This document shows, one piece after another, positions 38,016-48,154 of a stretch of 64,000 nucleotides of DNA. Within the stretch, counting starts at the first letter, position 1. Each line of letters opens with the position of its first letter. The notes beneath the pieces are model-generated. The model made no database searches, was not told the DNA's origin, and worked only from the letters and a program-made list of their open reading frames with translations. A program made the translations under genes and the position numbers. Source of the DNA: Candidatus Multivoradales bacterium (lineage in GTDB: Bacteria > Acidobacteriota > Thermoanaerobaculia > Multivoradales > JAHEKO01); the NCBI GenBank assembly GCA_965223155.1, contig CBDCVR010000015.1, positions 32,001 to 96,000 of the forward strand. Direction: 5' to 3'.

Positions 38016-38639
38016 CTAGCCGCCCAGATTCGAGAATTCAGGATACTCGCCGCGCTCCGCCGCCGGCACCGGATGGCGGACCTCGACCGAAAAGGCGTCA
38101 CCCTCGACATACTCGATGTCCACGAGCTCGTGGGTGAACTGCGAGCCAGTGGCCTTGGGCAAGTCCGCGGTCTCGACTTGGATCCGCCAGTGTCCCTTCT
38201 CGACCTGGTCGGGATCGACCATCGAGATGTCGAGAGTGATCAGAGGCAGGCGCTCGGAACTGTCGTGCTGCAGCAGAATGTCAATGAGGACGTCTTGGCG
38301 AATTTCGACCGGAGCGGCCATCTCGTCCTCGCCGTCCTCCGCGTCCGCGGCCTCCGCGTCGACCTCCATCGCATCCCCGTCTCCCTCGACCTCGGCCTCG
38401 ACCTCCAACATCGGATCCACCGTTTCGACCGGACGGGCGTTGACGATAAAGCCCACGGGCTTGGCCGTGTAGTACGAGCGCAGCTCGGCGACCTTCTCCT
38501 CCGGACTCTTCGGGGAGCACGCGGCAAGAAGGGCCAGCAGGCCCACGGCCCAAACGGTGCAATAGGCCGTGCGATACACGGTCTTGGCCAGCGGTCCGGA
38601 TTCTCTCTTGGGGCGACGTGCCTGCTTCATCGATCTCAT
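38016..38639 (-). CDS. Hypothetical lipoprotein with an acidic linker
   Basis: Lipobox LAAC; AAGGAG RBS upstream. Confidence 0.7.
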   Translation of the reverse strand: MRSMKQARRPKRESGPLAKTVYRTAYCTVWAVGLLALLAACSPKSPEEKVAELRSYYTAKPVGFIVNARPVETVDPMLEVEAEVEGDGDAMEVDAEAADAEDGEDEMAAPVEIRQDVLIDILLQHDSSERLPLITLDISMVDPDQVEKGHWRIQVETADLPKATGSQFTHELVDIEYVEGDAFSVEVRHPVPAAERGEYPEFSNLGG

Positions 38640-38744
38640 GCTTCGAACTCCTTGCCGTAAATGGGAAGCCCCGGGGAACCTGAGGCGAAACTCAGGGCAT
38701 TCTCTCGCACTCGCGGCAGGCGCCCAAGCCGTGGCGCGTTCAGC

Positions 38745-39704
38745 CTAGCCGGGGGGCTCGATCTTCGCTGTCGAATTCGTCACTGCCCGGGCATCCAGCC
38801 AAAGCCGGCGCAAGGCACCGGTGAGGATCACCTCGGGCTCGAGCTCGACCCCGAAACGGGCGCGCACGGCGGCGGCCGCCGCCGCCATCAACGCGACTAC
38901 GTCGGCGGCAGTCGCTTCGCCGTGGTTGACGATCACGTTGGCGTGCTTGGGGCTGATCTGTGCCCCGCCCTGGCGCCGGCCCTTGAGCCCGCAAGCCTCG
39001 ATCAGCCGGCCCGCGTAGTCGTCCTTCGGATTGCGAAAGATCGACCCCACGTTGGGCAAGCCCGACGGCAGGCTCGCCCAGCGCCGCTCATTGAGCTCTT
39101 CGATGCGAGCCAGACATGCTTCGGACTCTGCGGGCTCGAGGCCGAAGCGGGCGCTCAAGACGATCGCGCGGGTTCCCTGCAGGTTGGTCGACCGGTAGCC
39201 GGGCTCGAGCTCGTCCGTGGCCAGCTCGCGCACCGCTCCGTCCTCGTCCAGAACGCGGCAGTCCAACATCACGTCCCGGATCTCGGTGCCGTAACAACCC
39301 GCGTTCATCACCACCGCCCCGCCCACGGTCGAGGGAAAGCCGCACAATGGCTCGAGTCCGGACAGGCCGGACGCGGCGCTACGCCGCGCCAGCTTGGGCA
39401 ATGCCACTCCGGCACCAGCCTCGACCCGGTCGCCGTCGAAGCGGATCTCCAGAAACCGGCCGGCCAGCCGGAGGACGGCACCCGGCAGTCCTTCGTCGGG
39501 GAAGAGAACGTTGGATCCCAGACCGACAAGCTGCACCGGGATCCTCCGCTCGCGCAAGCGCGCCAAAACCTCTGCCAGGGCGTCTTCGGTCGCGACCTCG
39601 GCCAGCACTTCGGCGGAGCCGCCAATGCGGAACGTGCTCAGGCGGGCGAGTGACGCCCGCTCCTCGATCCGGGCTCCGGGGATCCCGCCCAGGGCCGTGC
39701 CCAA
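38745..39704 (-). CDS. murB: UDP-N-acetylenolpyruvoylglucosamine reductase (start uncertain: TTG 39704 or ATT 39731)
   Basis: FRIGG, GLGSNVL, GGAVVMNAG, GSIFRNP, KHAN, LEPEV. Confidence 0.93.
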   Translation of the reverse strand: MGTALGGIPGARIEERASLARLSTFRIGGSAEVLAEVATEDALAEVLARLRERRIPVQLVGLGSNVLFPDEGLPGAVLRLAGRFLEIRFDGDRVEAGAGVALPKLARRSAASGLSGLEPLCGFPSTVGGAVVMNAGCYGTEIRDVMLDCRVLDEDGAVRELATDELEPGYRSTNLQGTRAIVLSARFGLEPAESEACLARIEELNERRWASLPSGLPNVGSIFRNPKDDYAGRLIEACGLKGRRQGGAQISPKHANVIVNHGEATAADVVALMAAAAAAVRARFGVELEPEVILTGALRRLWLDARAVTNSTAKIEPPG

Positions 39705-39879
39705 GTCCGACTGCGCCGTGTTGCCAGGAATCGAAAGACCCTCGAGGAGTGCCAGGTCGCGGCGCCAGGCCGCGTCTTTCTTGGATGTAGTATAACCGCG
39801 GCGGGCGGTTCGACGGCAGGCCCAATGGGCGGCCGCAGCCGATTCCGAGACACCCGTCCAGTCCCGAGGAGACGACCCG

Positions 39880-40944
39880 ATGCGAGACCCTAAGACCGAG
39901 CGCTTCAAGTCCATCGAGAGCGCGCTCAGCCAGATCGAGCGCCAGTTCGGCAAGGGCGCGATCATGCGCCTGGGACAGCGCGATTCGCTGTCCATCGACA
40001 CCATCCCCACCGGCTCGATCGCGATCGACGCCGCCATCGGCGCCGGCGGCTTCCCGCGCGGGCGCGTAGTCGAGGTCTTCGGACCCGAGTCGTCGGGGAA
40101 GACCACCCTCGCGCTGTCGGTCGTGGCCCAGGCCCAAAAACTGGGCGGCGTTGCCGCCTTTATCGACGCCGAGCACGCGCTCGATCCCGAATACGCCGCG
40201 AAGCTCGGTGTCGATATCGAGAATCTGCTGGTCTCGCAGCCGGACTTCGGCGAACAGGCCCTCGAGATCGCCGAGATGCTGGTTCGCAGCAACGCCGTCG
40301 ACGTGGTGGTCGTGGACTCGGTCGCGGCCCTCGTGCCTCGGGCCGAGATCGAAGGCGAAATGGGCGACTCCCACGTCGGCCTCCAAGCCCGGCTCATGTC
40401 CCAGGCCCTACGCAAGCTGACCGCCATCGTCGCCAAGTCCAAGACCAGTCTGGTCTTCATCAACCAGATCCGCGAAAAGATCGGGGTCATGTTCGGCAGT
40501 CCGGAGACCACCACCGGCGGCCGCGCGCTCAAGTTCTACTCCTCGGTGCGCGTCGACATCCGGCGCATCGCCGCTCTCAAGGACGGCGACCAGGTCGTGG
40601 GCAGCCGCGCCCGAATCAAGATCGTCAAGAACAAGATCGCAGCGCCCTTCCGCCTGGCTGAGTTCGACATCGACTACGGCGAGGGCATCTCACGGGTCGG
40701 CGAGCTCGTTGACCTGGGTGTCGAGCACAAGGTCGTGGGCAAGAGCGGCGCCTGGTACAACTACGGCGACCTGCGGCTCGGCCAGGGCCGCGAGAACGCC
40801 AAGCAGTTCCTACGCGACAATCCCGATCTGGCCGACGAGATCGAGAACGGCATCCGCGAACGCCTGGGCTTGGCGCCGCTAGCCGTGCCGACCGCTCCGG
40901 CGGAAGAAGCCGCCGAGAAGGAACCGGCGACGGCGGAGGCGTAG
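39880..40944 (+). CDS. recA: Recombinase RecA
   Basis: [36 protein letters not shown]. Confidence 0.99.
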   Translation: MRDPKTERFKSIESALSQIERQFGKGAIMRLGQRDSLSIDTIPTGSIAIDAAIGAGGFPRGRVVEVFGPESSGKTTLALSVVAQAQKLGGVAAFIDAEHALDPEYAAKLGVDIENLLVSQPDFGEQALEIAEMLVRSNAVDVVVVDSVAALVPRAEIEGEMGDSHVGLQARLMSQALRKLTAIVAKSKTSLVFINQIREKIGVMFGSPETTTGGRALKFYSSVRVDIRRIAALKDGDQVVGSRARIKIVKNKIAAPFRLAEFDIDYGEGISRVGELVDLGVEHKVVGKSGAWYNYGDLRLGQGRENAKQFLRDNPDLADEIENGIRERLGLAPLAVPTAPAEEAAEKEPATAEA

Positions 40945-40950
40945 CACCGC

Positions 40951-42951
40951 TTGGGCGCAGGCCGGCAGCAGAGCTCCGGACCCAAGGGCCGCGTCGTGGC
41001 GGCACTCGTAGGCGCCGCCTGCGCCCTGGCTCTGCTGACCGCGAGCTCGTCCGCGGCGCCGCTCTCGGCGGCCGGTCTGGAGCTCGAGGCGCCGGCCACG
41101 GTGCTGGCCGGCTCGGGGCTCGAGGCTACTCTCGGCACCGTCGAGTTCGCTCGAGGAGAACTTCCGGCGACTTTCTTGGTCGAGCTGGACGGTCACGAGA
41201 TCCGGAGGTTCGAAGCCTCGGGCGAGACCGAGGTTCTGTCCTTCGAGCCGAGCGAGCTCGCCCTCGGACCCGGCACCCATACCCTCGCCGTCCGCGCTCT
41301 CGGCCCCGGACTCGACGAGGTCCGAACCGAGCGGACCATTCGAGCAATCCCAGGCTGGCAATCGGTCATCCCGCCGCTAGTAGCGATCGGCCTCGCCCTC
41401 CTTTTCAAGGACGTGCTCCTGTCGCTCTTTCTGGGCATTTTCGCCGGGGCCCTGTTCCTCAACGGCTGGAACCCGGTAGCCGCCTTCGCCCGCTCCATCG
41501 ATCAGTTCATCGCTCCGTCGATGGCCGACCCGAATAACGCCTCGATCCTGCTCTTTACGACCTTGCTCGGCGGCATGGTCGGGATCATCTCGAAGAACGG
41601 CGGTACCCACGGCATCGTCGAGCGCCTGCGCGGCTACGCCACCAATGCCCGCCGGGGACAGCTCGCCACCTGGGTCATGGGCATCCTCATCTTCTTTGAC
41701 GACTACGCAAATACGCTGATCGTGGGCTCCACGATGCGACCGATCACGGACCGTCTCCGTATCAGCCGCGAGAAGCTCGCCTACATCGTGGACTCGACGG
41801 CCGCGCCCATCGCCAGCTTGATCCCGATCTCGACCTGGATCGGGTTCGAGGTCGGGCTGATCGCAGCCGCCTTCACCGCCCTGGAGCTGCCCTTCAACCC
41901 CTACCAAGCGTTCGTGGCTTCGATCCCGTTTCGCTTCTACCCGATCCTGGCCCTGGTCCTGGGCTTCACCATCGCGTTCACCTGCCGCGACTTCGGACCG
42001 ATGCTTCGAGCCGAGCGCCGAGCTTCCGACACCGGCGCTCTCGTCGGCGCGGATGACACGCCGCTGGCCGACTACGACAACGGCCAGTTGACGCCCCCGG
42101 AAGGCGCGCCGAGGCGGGCGGCGAACGCTCTCGTTCCAATCCTCACGGTCATCGGCGTCACCCTGGTGGGCCTCTACGCGACCGGTTCGGCGGGCCTGGT
42201 GCGGGGCGACTATCCAAACGCCTTCAAGTGGCTTCAGGATGTCTTCTCGAATGCCGACAGCTACCGATCGCTGCTCTGGGCCAGCCTCGCGGGCGCCGCG
42301 ATCGCCCTGGTGCTGTCGGTCGCCCAGCGCATCTTGACCGTTCGGGAGGCCACCGCGGCCATGGTTCAGGGGTTTCGTTCCATGCTGCTGGCGCTGGCGG
42401 TCCTGGTCCTGGCCTGGTCGCTGGGCAGCGTCTGCAAGGAGCTCCACACCGCCGACTACCTGGTGGATTTGTCGAGCGGCGTGATCTCGCCCTTCCTGCT
42501 GCCGGTGCTGATCTTCCTGCTTTCGGCGGGCACCTCCTTCGCGACCGGAACCTCGTGGGGAACGATGGGCATCTTGATGCCACTGGTCATCCCGATCGCC
42601 AACGGCCTGGCACTCGAAGTCGGCCTCACCCCCACCGACGACGCCTTCTACCTGCTGCTTCTGGGCACCATCTCGTCGGTCCTTGCGGGCAGCGTCTGGG
42701 GCGACCACTGCTCGCCCATCTCGGACACCACGATCCTTTCCAGCATGGCCTCGGGCTGCGACCACATCGCCCACGTACGAACCCAGGCTCCCTACGCCAT
42801 CGCCGCCGGAGTCGTGGCCATGCTGGTTGGCGACATCCCCGCGGCCTACGGCCTGTCGCCGTGGATCTCGCTCCTGCTGGGCTCGGCGCTCCTCGTCGGC
42901 TTGGTGCTCTGGCGCGGCAAGCCAAGCGCCTGGCAGGCCGGCCGCAAGTGA
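40951..42951 (+). CDS. Na+/H+ antiporter NhaC-family transporter with an exported N-terminal domain
   Basis: FFDDYAN, SREKLAYIVDSTAAP, TGTSWGT, GDHCSPISDTT. Confidence 0.88.
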   Translation: MGAGRQQSSGPKGRVVAALVGAACALALLTASSSAAPLSAAGLELEAPATVLAGSGLEATLGTVEFARGELPATFLVELDGHEIRRFEASGETEVLSFEPSELALGPGTHTLAVRALGPGLDEVRTERTIRAIPGWQSVIPPLVAIGLALLFKDVLLSLFLGIFAGALFLNGWNPVAAFARSIDQFIAPSMADPNNASILLFTTLLGGMVGIISKNGGTHGIVERLRGYATNARRGQLATWVMGILIFFDDYANTLIVGSTMRPITDRLRISREKLAYIVDSTAAPIASLIPISTWIGFEVGLIAAAFTALELPFNPYQAFVASIPFRFYPILALVLGFTIAFTCRDFGPMLRAERRASDTGALVGADDTPLADYDNGQLTPPEGAPRRAANALVPILTVIGVTLVGLYATGSAGLVRGDYPNAFKWLQDVFSNADSYRSLLWASLAGAAIALVLSVAQRILTVREATAAMVQGFRSMLLALAVLVLAWSLGSVCKELHTADYLVDLSSGVISPFLLPVLIFLLSAGTSFATGTSWGTMGILMPLVIPIANGLALEVGLTPTDDAFYLLLLGTISSVLAGSVWGDHCSPISDTTILSSMASGCDHIAHVRTQAPYAIAAGVVAMLVGDIPAAYGLSPWISLLLGSALLVGLVLWRGKPSAWQAGRK

Positions 42952-43310
42952 CGGATCGCCGGAGCGCTCCCGGCGGTCCGGACTCCGAGCCGGACACGGT
43001 CGAGCTGCCCGTCGGCGACGTCCTGGATCTTCACAGCTTTCCACCGCGCGAGGTGTCGGATCTCGTCCAGCACTATCTCGACTGCGCGTTCGACGAGGGG
43101 CTGAGCGGCGTTCGCATCGTCCATGGCAAAGGCATGGGCGTCCAGCGCTCGATCGTGCGTAAGCTCCTGGAACGGCATCCGCGGGTCGAGGCCTATGGCG
43201 ACGCTCCGCTCGAAGCCGGCGGCTGGGGCGCTACCTGGGTCCGGTTCCACTCCCGCCCGGACCGAACCGAAGAGGGCCGCGCCGGCAACTTCAGCGCTCC
43301 GAACGCGTAG
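42948..43310 (+). CDS. Standalone Smr/MutS2 C-terminal domain protein
   Basis: LDLH, IVHGKG, GGWGAT; GTGA overlap. Confidence 0.9.
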   Translation: MTDRRSAPGGPDSEPDTVELPVGDVLDLHSFPPREVSDLVQHYLDCAFDEGLSGVRIVHGKGMGVQRSIVRKLLERHPRVEAYGDAPLEAGGWGATWVRFHSRPDRTEEGRAGNFSAPNA

Positions 43311-43324
43311 CTTCCAACAGAGCC

Positions 43325-44461
43325 ATGAAACGAGTCCGCCGATACGTCAACCAGGCCCGGTCTTTCGCCCGCTCCTACACCGCGGGCCTCAACGTCCGCG
43401 ACGTCAGCAGGTTGATCGGAGAGGACGCCAGCCACGCCTACCGGGTGCTGAGTCGGGATCAGGACGACACGGCCGCGGGACGCAACCGCGTCGGCCGCTT
43501 CCTCCAGCACTGCCGCATTCTCTTCGTCGGCATCTCCAAGAAGCTGAGTCCCGCCCGGCGCCTGGTGTTCTTGCTGGCCGTCATCGCGACGCTCTTGGGC
43601 ATCCTGGGCGGCAAATCGCTGGAGATCGGCGGCTCCGGCTTCGAAGTCTCGGTCGGCACGTCCACCTTCTATCTCATGACCGGACTCGCCGGATTCGCGT
43701 TCCTGTTCGTGCTCGAGCTCGTGGATCGCATCCGGGTGCGCGACGAGCTGGAGGTGGCTCGCGAGCTCCAGGCCGATCTGCTGCCCGACAGCGCGCCGAA
43801 CGTGCCCGGCTACTCGTTCGCGCACTCCTATCGGACCGCCAACGAGGTCGGCGGGGATTACTACGACTTCTCCAGCCTGCCCGACGGCCGGGTGGCGATC
43901 ATCCTGGGCGACGCCAGCGGCCACGGCATCGCTGCCGGTCTCCTCATGGCGATCTCCAATGCCACGCTCAAGACCGCGCTCGAGGTGGACCCTCGCCCCA
44001 ACCAGGTCGCGCAGCTCTTGAACTCGACCCTGTACCGGACCGGCGACCGGCGAGCCTTCATGACCTTTTTCTACGCCCTGTTGGAGCCAGCCACCGGCAT
44101 CCTCGAGTACGTCTGCGCGGGCCATCCCTTTCCGATGGTCGTGACCCGGTCCGGCGACGTCTTGGAGCTGGGAGAGGGGGCCCTGCCGCTCGGTATGCGC
44201 GCCGAAGTCGACCTGCCGGTCGGTTCGTTTCAGCTCTCGCCGGGCGAATCGATGCTCCTTTTTACCGACGGCCTGCCCGAGGCGATGAGTTCGTCGGAGG
44301 AGTCCTTCGGCTTCTCACGCCTGCGCACCCTGCTGACGCCCGAAGACCGGGCTCAAGACCTCCATGACCGGGTCTTGACCGCCTTCCAGGAACACATCGG
44401 CGGCGCCGATCTGCCGGACGACGTGACGCTTCTGGCCGTCGCCCGCGCGGCGAGCTCTTAG
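43325..44461 (+). CDS. Membrane-anchored PP2C/SpoIIE (RsbU-like) phosphatase
   Basis: VGGDYYD, GDASGHG, AGH, TDG, DDVT. Confidence 0.92.
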   Translation: MKRVRRYVNQARSFARSYTAGLNVRDVSRLIGEDASHAYRVLSRDQDDTAAGRNRVGRFLQHCRILFVGISKKLSPARRLVFLLAVIATLLGILGGKSLEIGGSGFEVSVGTSTFYLMTGLAGFAFLFVLELVDRIRVRDELEVARELQADLLPDSAPNVPGYSFAHSYRTANEVGGDYYDFSSLPDGRVAIILGDASGHGIAAGLLMAISNATLKTALEVDPRPNQVAQLLNSTLYRTGDRRAFMTFFYALLEPATGILEYVCAGHPFPMVVTRSGDVLELGEGALPLGMRAEVDLPVGSFQLSPGESMLLFTDGLPEAMSSSEESFGFSRLRTLLTPEDRAQDLHDRVLTAFQEHIGGADLPDDVTLLAVARAASS

Positions 44462-44538
44462 TCCGCCCGTCTCGGCGGAACCGATCCGGAGTCCGGCGGA
44501 GGCCTGACTCCGTCCTGGAGGTCGATGCCTGAAGGCCC

Positions 44539-45993
44539 CTAGGTCCGCTCGACCACCATGGCGAAGCCGACGCCGCCCGCCGCGCACACCGTCATCAGGC
44601 CCAGGTTGAGACCGCGCCGCTTGAGCTCGTTCAAGAGCTGCATCGTGACCCGGGCGCCGGTGGCGCCAAAGGGATGCCCGATCGAGATCGAGCCGCCGTT
44701 GACGTTGAACGTCTCGAAGTCGATCTCGCCCAGGGGCCGGCTCGAGCCCAGCTCGTCGCGAGCGAACTTGGGGGACGCGAAGGCCTTCATGTTGGACAGG
44801 ATCTGCGCGGCGAAGGCCTCGTGCATCTCGACCAGGTCCATGTCCCGCAGGGTAAGACCGGCCCGTTCGAGGGCCAGAGGCGCGGCGTAGGCCGGGCCTT
44901 GCAGGAGCTGGCTCGCCGGATCCAAAGAAGCGTAGGCCCACGAACGAACATAGCCCAAGGGCTCGTAGCCATCCGCCTTGACCTTGTCCTCGGTCATCAG
45001 CAGAACCGCCGCGCCTCCGTCGGTCAACGGACTGGAATTGCCCGCCGTCAGCGTGCCGTAGCGCCTGTCGAACACCGGCCGCAAGCCGGCCAGGGCTTCG
45101 AGCGAGCTATCCGAGCGCACGCCGTTGTCGGCCGTGACCGCATCATCGTGCTTGGGCGCCGGGAAGACGGGCACGATCTGACCGTCGAAGCGCCCTTCGG
45201 CGGTGGCGGCGGCCGCGCGTTCGTGCGACATCAGCGCGATCTCGTCCTGAGCCCGTCGAGAGATGTCGTTCTCCTTGGCCATCTTCTCGCACGACTGCCC
45301 CATGGACTGGCCGGTGGTGTATTCAGCGATGGCCGGCGGCACCGGCACGAGATCCTTCGGGCGAACCGACGACAAGACGCCCAGCCGCTGCCCCAGGGAC
45401 TTGGCCTTGCTCAGCGCCATCAACTTCCGGGCCGCCGACTTCGAGTACTGGATCGGAACGTTGGTGAGCGATTCGGCGCCGCCGGCCAGCGCCACCGAGC
45501 ATTGCCCGGTCAGGAGCGCCTCGGCCGCCGAGGTGATCGCCCGGTTCGAGGACGCACAGGCCAGGTTGACCGTGGTTCCCGGTACTTGCATCGGCAGCGA
45601 AGCCCGGAAGACGACCTCCCGGCCCAGGTTGGGAGCGTGCAGCGCCTGCACGACAACGCCGAAAATCGACAGGCCGACGTCGTCCGGGTCCACGCCCGAG
45701 CGGCTCACCAGCTCGGCCGCCGGCAGACTCGCGAGGTCGATGACGTCCAGATCCCGAAACACGGTTCCCGACTTGCAGAAAGGCGTCCGGCACGCGTCCA
45801 CGATCGCCACCCGGCCGCCCTCGCCGCGCACCGACTTGCTGACCACGCGGGCGATCGCGGGAGCCTGCCCCTCGCCCCGGGTCCACACGGTGTCGGCCCG
45901 CCCCGAGATCTCCTGGCGGGCCGACGCCTCGTTCGGCCCCGGAAAGTTCACCGTCGCCGGCTCGCGGTTGGTCTCTCGAATCTCGTCCATCAT
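44539..45993 (-). CDS. fadI: Acetyl-CoA C-acyltransferase (FadI-like thiolase)
   Basis: RTPF, ACASS, HEAFAAQ, GHPFGATG, CAAGG. Confidence 0.88.
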   Translation of the reverse strand: MMDEIRETNREPATVNFPGPNEASARQEISGRADTVWTRGEGQAPAIARVVSKSVRGEGGRVAIVDACRTPFCKSGTVFRDLDVIDLASLPAAELVSRSGVDPDDVGLSIFGVVVQALHAPNLGREVVFRASLPMQVPGTTVNLACASSNRAITSAAEALLTGQCSVALAGGAESLTNVPIQYSKSAARKLMALSKAKSLGQRLGVLSSVRPKDLVPVPPAIAEYTTGQSMGQSCEKMAKENDISRRAQDEIALMSHERAAAATAEGRFDGQIVPVFPAPKHDDAVTADNGVRSDSSLEALAGLRPVFDRRYGTLTAGNSSPLTDGGAAVLLMTEDKVKADGYEPLGYVRSWAYASLDPASQLLQGPAYAAPLALERAGLTLRDMDLVEMHEAFAAQILSNMKAFASPKFARDELGSSRPLGEIDFETFNVNGGSISIGHPFGATGARVTMQLLNELKRRGLNLGLMTVCAAGGVGFAMVVERT

Positions 45994-46136
45994 GCTGGAA
46001 TCTCCTCGCGGCTACCCGGCGCGATTCACGTCGCCGGCCGGACGGCGATCATATCCGGTGTGCCCGGGGCTCAGGCACGCGCCCGGCACCCGGCGAAAGC
46101 GCGGCGGCGGCACGATTCCTGCTACCTTCGAGAGCG

Positions 46137-47855
46137 ATGCTGCGAACCGCTTCAGCCTGGATTCTGCTTGCCGTGCTGGCCTTTCCCGCCGCCGGTACCG
46201 CCACCAGCTCCACCAGCGAAGTTCTCAACGCGGACGTCTTCGCAAAGAGCGCTGAAGCGGCACGCCAGGCCGCCGCCTTCTATGGTTTGCACGAGGATCC
46301 CGAGGAGAGCGAGCGAGTGGCCCGCATCGGCTACGAGGTGGCCCAGCAGAGCCGGTTCGACGACTACCCCTTCAGCTTCTACCTTGTGGACATGCCGGTA
46401 CCGAACGCCTTCGCCCTGCCGGGCGGCCAGATCTTCGTCACCCGGGGCATGCTCGACTTGGGACTTTCGGACGACATGCTGGCGGGCCTCTTGGGCCACG
46501 AGATCGGCCACGTGACTCTTCAGCACGGCATGAAGATGCAGCGGCGAGCGACCCTGCTCAACGTTCTCAGCCAGGCGCTCCTCGTAGGCGTCCTGGTCTC
46601 GACCCGCGGCGACTCGGATCCAGGCCCGGCACCGCCGGGCTACGATCCCAACGGACCCAGCGGCGGCGACCGGGTGATGGGAGCCGCGGCCGCCGGCCTG
46701 GTGGTCTCCGAGCTCCTGCTCAGAAGCTATAGCCGGGAGTTCGAAGACCAGGCCGACGACGAAGGCCTGCGGCTGGCGGCCGCCGCGGGCTATGACCCCG
46801 ACGGCTTCGAGAAGCTCATGACCCTCATGAACGTCCGCCTGCCGCAGTCCAAAGAGTTCGGCTACTGGCGCACGCACCCCTTCTTCGACAGCCGCGTCCG
46901 GGCCGCCGCCGTCCGCAAGGAGCTGCTCAAGGTCCAGGAACCCGAGGCCGCGGACGAGTTTCGCCGTGCGACCCAGGATCGCCTGCTTGCCCTGGCCGAA
47001 GCCCGTGGACACTCCGACGAGCTCGTCCAGTTTCTGGAGGACAGCGCCGTCGGCACGTGGCCGCGCGGGCGCAAGGCCAACGCGATCCGCATCGAGCGCC
47101 TACACGAGCGGCGTGACCGGGAGCTCGACCGCAACCGGCTGATGATCGACTACGGCGACCTCATCGGCAGATACCAGAGCGAGGTCGAGCGGGCGCGCGT
47201 CCTCGACCCGGATTCGGTCTTCGAGAACGAGCTACGAAGCGAGATCGAGGACTTTCGCACGGCTCTCGAGGCCAACTATCCGGACGCGGTGACGGTCTTC
47301 GAGCGGGGCGTCTTCGAGACCGAATTCCTGGAGGTCTTCGCCAGCAACTTTCCGGAGTCTCCGCAGTTTCCGGAGGTGGCCCTGGCCCTGGGCGAGTCCT
47401 ACGCCCGTCTCGGACGGACCGAGCAGGCGGTCGAGAGGTTCGTAGCCGCATGGCGGGCGGGTCCCGAAACCCCGGCCGGGCAGAAAGCCGAGCGGGGACT
47501 CGCGGCCCTGGCGCCCACGCTGGACGGACTCGGCGCCCTGCAGGAGCTGGCCGACCAGGACGCCAACGCCGAGATCCGGGATCTGGCCCGCGGCCGTCTG
47601 GCGGCCGTGATCGCCGGCTTCGAGGATCTCGACAACGGCGCCTCGTACCTCAAGGACTACCCCGAGAGCGAGCATCGCGACAAGGTCAACCAGCGCCTGG
47701 ACGAGCTGGCCGAGAACCTATACGCGGAGGCGATCCTCTACCAGCAGCTTGGCGATCACACAAAGGCTCAGGACCGGATTCAGCAGATCCTGAATCACGC
47801 GCCCCTGTCGAACGCCGCTGCCCGCCTGCGGACGAGCGCGGTTCTGGACAGCTGA
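46137..47855 (+). CDS. M48-family metalloprotease with a C-terminal helical/TPR-like region
   Basis: Signal peptide, NAFALPGG, HEIGH, YSREFEDQAD, THP. Confidence 0.88.
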   Translation: MLRTASAWILLAVLAFPAAGTATSSTSEVLNADVFAKSAEAARQAAAFYGLHEDPEESERVARIGYEVAQQSRFDDYPFSFYLVDMPVPNAFALPGGQIFVTRGMLDLGLSDDMLAGLLGHEIGHVTLQHGMKMQRRATLLNVLSQALLVGVLVSTRGDSDPGPAPPGYDPNGPSGGDRVMGAAAAGLVVSELLLRSYSREFEDQADDEGLRLAAAAGYDPDGFEKLMTLMNVRLPQSKEFGYWRTHPFFDSRVRAAAVRKELLKVQEPEAADEFRRATQDRLLALAEARGHSDELVQFLEDSAVGTWPRGRKANAIRIERLHERRDRELDRNRLMIDYGDLIGRYQSEVERARVLDPDSVFENELRSEIEDFRTALEANYPDAVTVFERGVFETEFLEVFASNFPESPQFPEVALALGESYARLGRTEQAVERFVAAWRAGPETPAGQKAERGLAALAPTLDGLGALQELADQDANAEIRDLARGRLAAVIAGFEDLDNGASYLKDYPESEHRDKVNQRLDELAENLYAEAILYQQLGDHTKAQDRIQQILNHAPLSNAAARLRTSAVLDS

Positions 47856-48154
47856 GAGCGGCTGGCCGGCCGCGGGCTTTTGTCCGATCGCGAACCGTCG
47901 GCACGCTCGACCTTCGATGCGCGGCGCCCCGCTGGTCAGGCGGGCGGTCCTTCCGGGTCCCGGCGACCTCGCGACAGCGGCCACGGCCGGCCGGCGGACA
48001 CTCGCAATAGGACCGTAACGGGCACCGCAAGCCGCTCGCCCGGCCTTGGCGCGACCTGCCTGCGCTGGTACCATCCGGAGCAGATTTTCGAGCCGGCACG
48101 CTCGCGCCCATCCGGGCGCCAAGGCGGCACTGTAGGAACGGAGGATTTCCCACG

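Noticed and set aside
39800-39830. LexA box upstream of recA
   Set aside because: Only one GTTC half-site; no GTTC-N7-GTTC, CTGT-N8-ACAG or GAAC-N4-GTTC match
39705-40532. Apparent 595-aa MurB with a long N-terminal extension
   Set aside because: The extension is the antisense frame of recA, not a fusion
47856-48154. Cobalamin or TPP riboswitch, or a sigma54 promoter, upstream of the TonB receptor
   Set aside because: The conserved riboswitch boxes are not recognisable and GG-N10-GC spacing fails; only an extended -10 (TGgTACCAT) is visible
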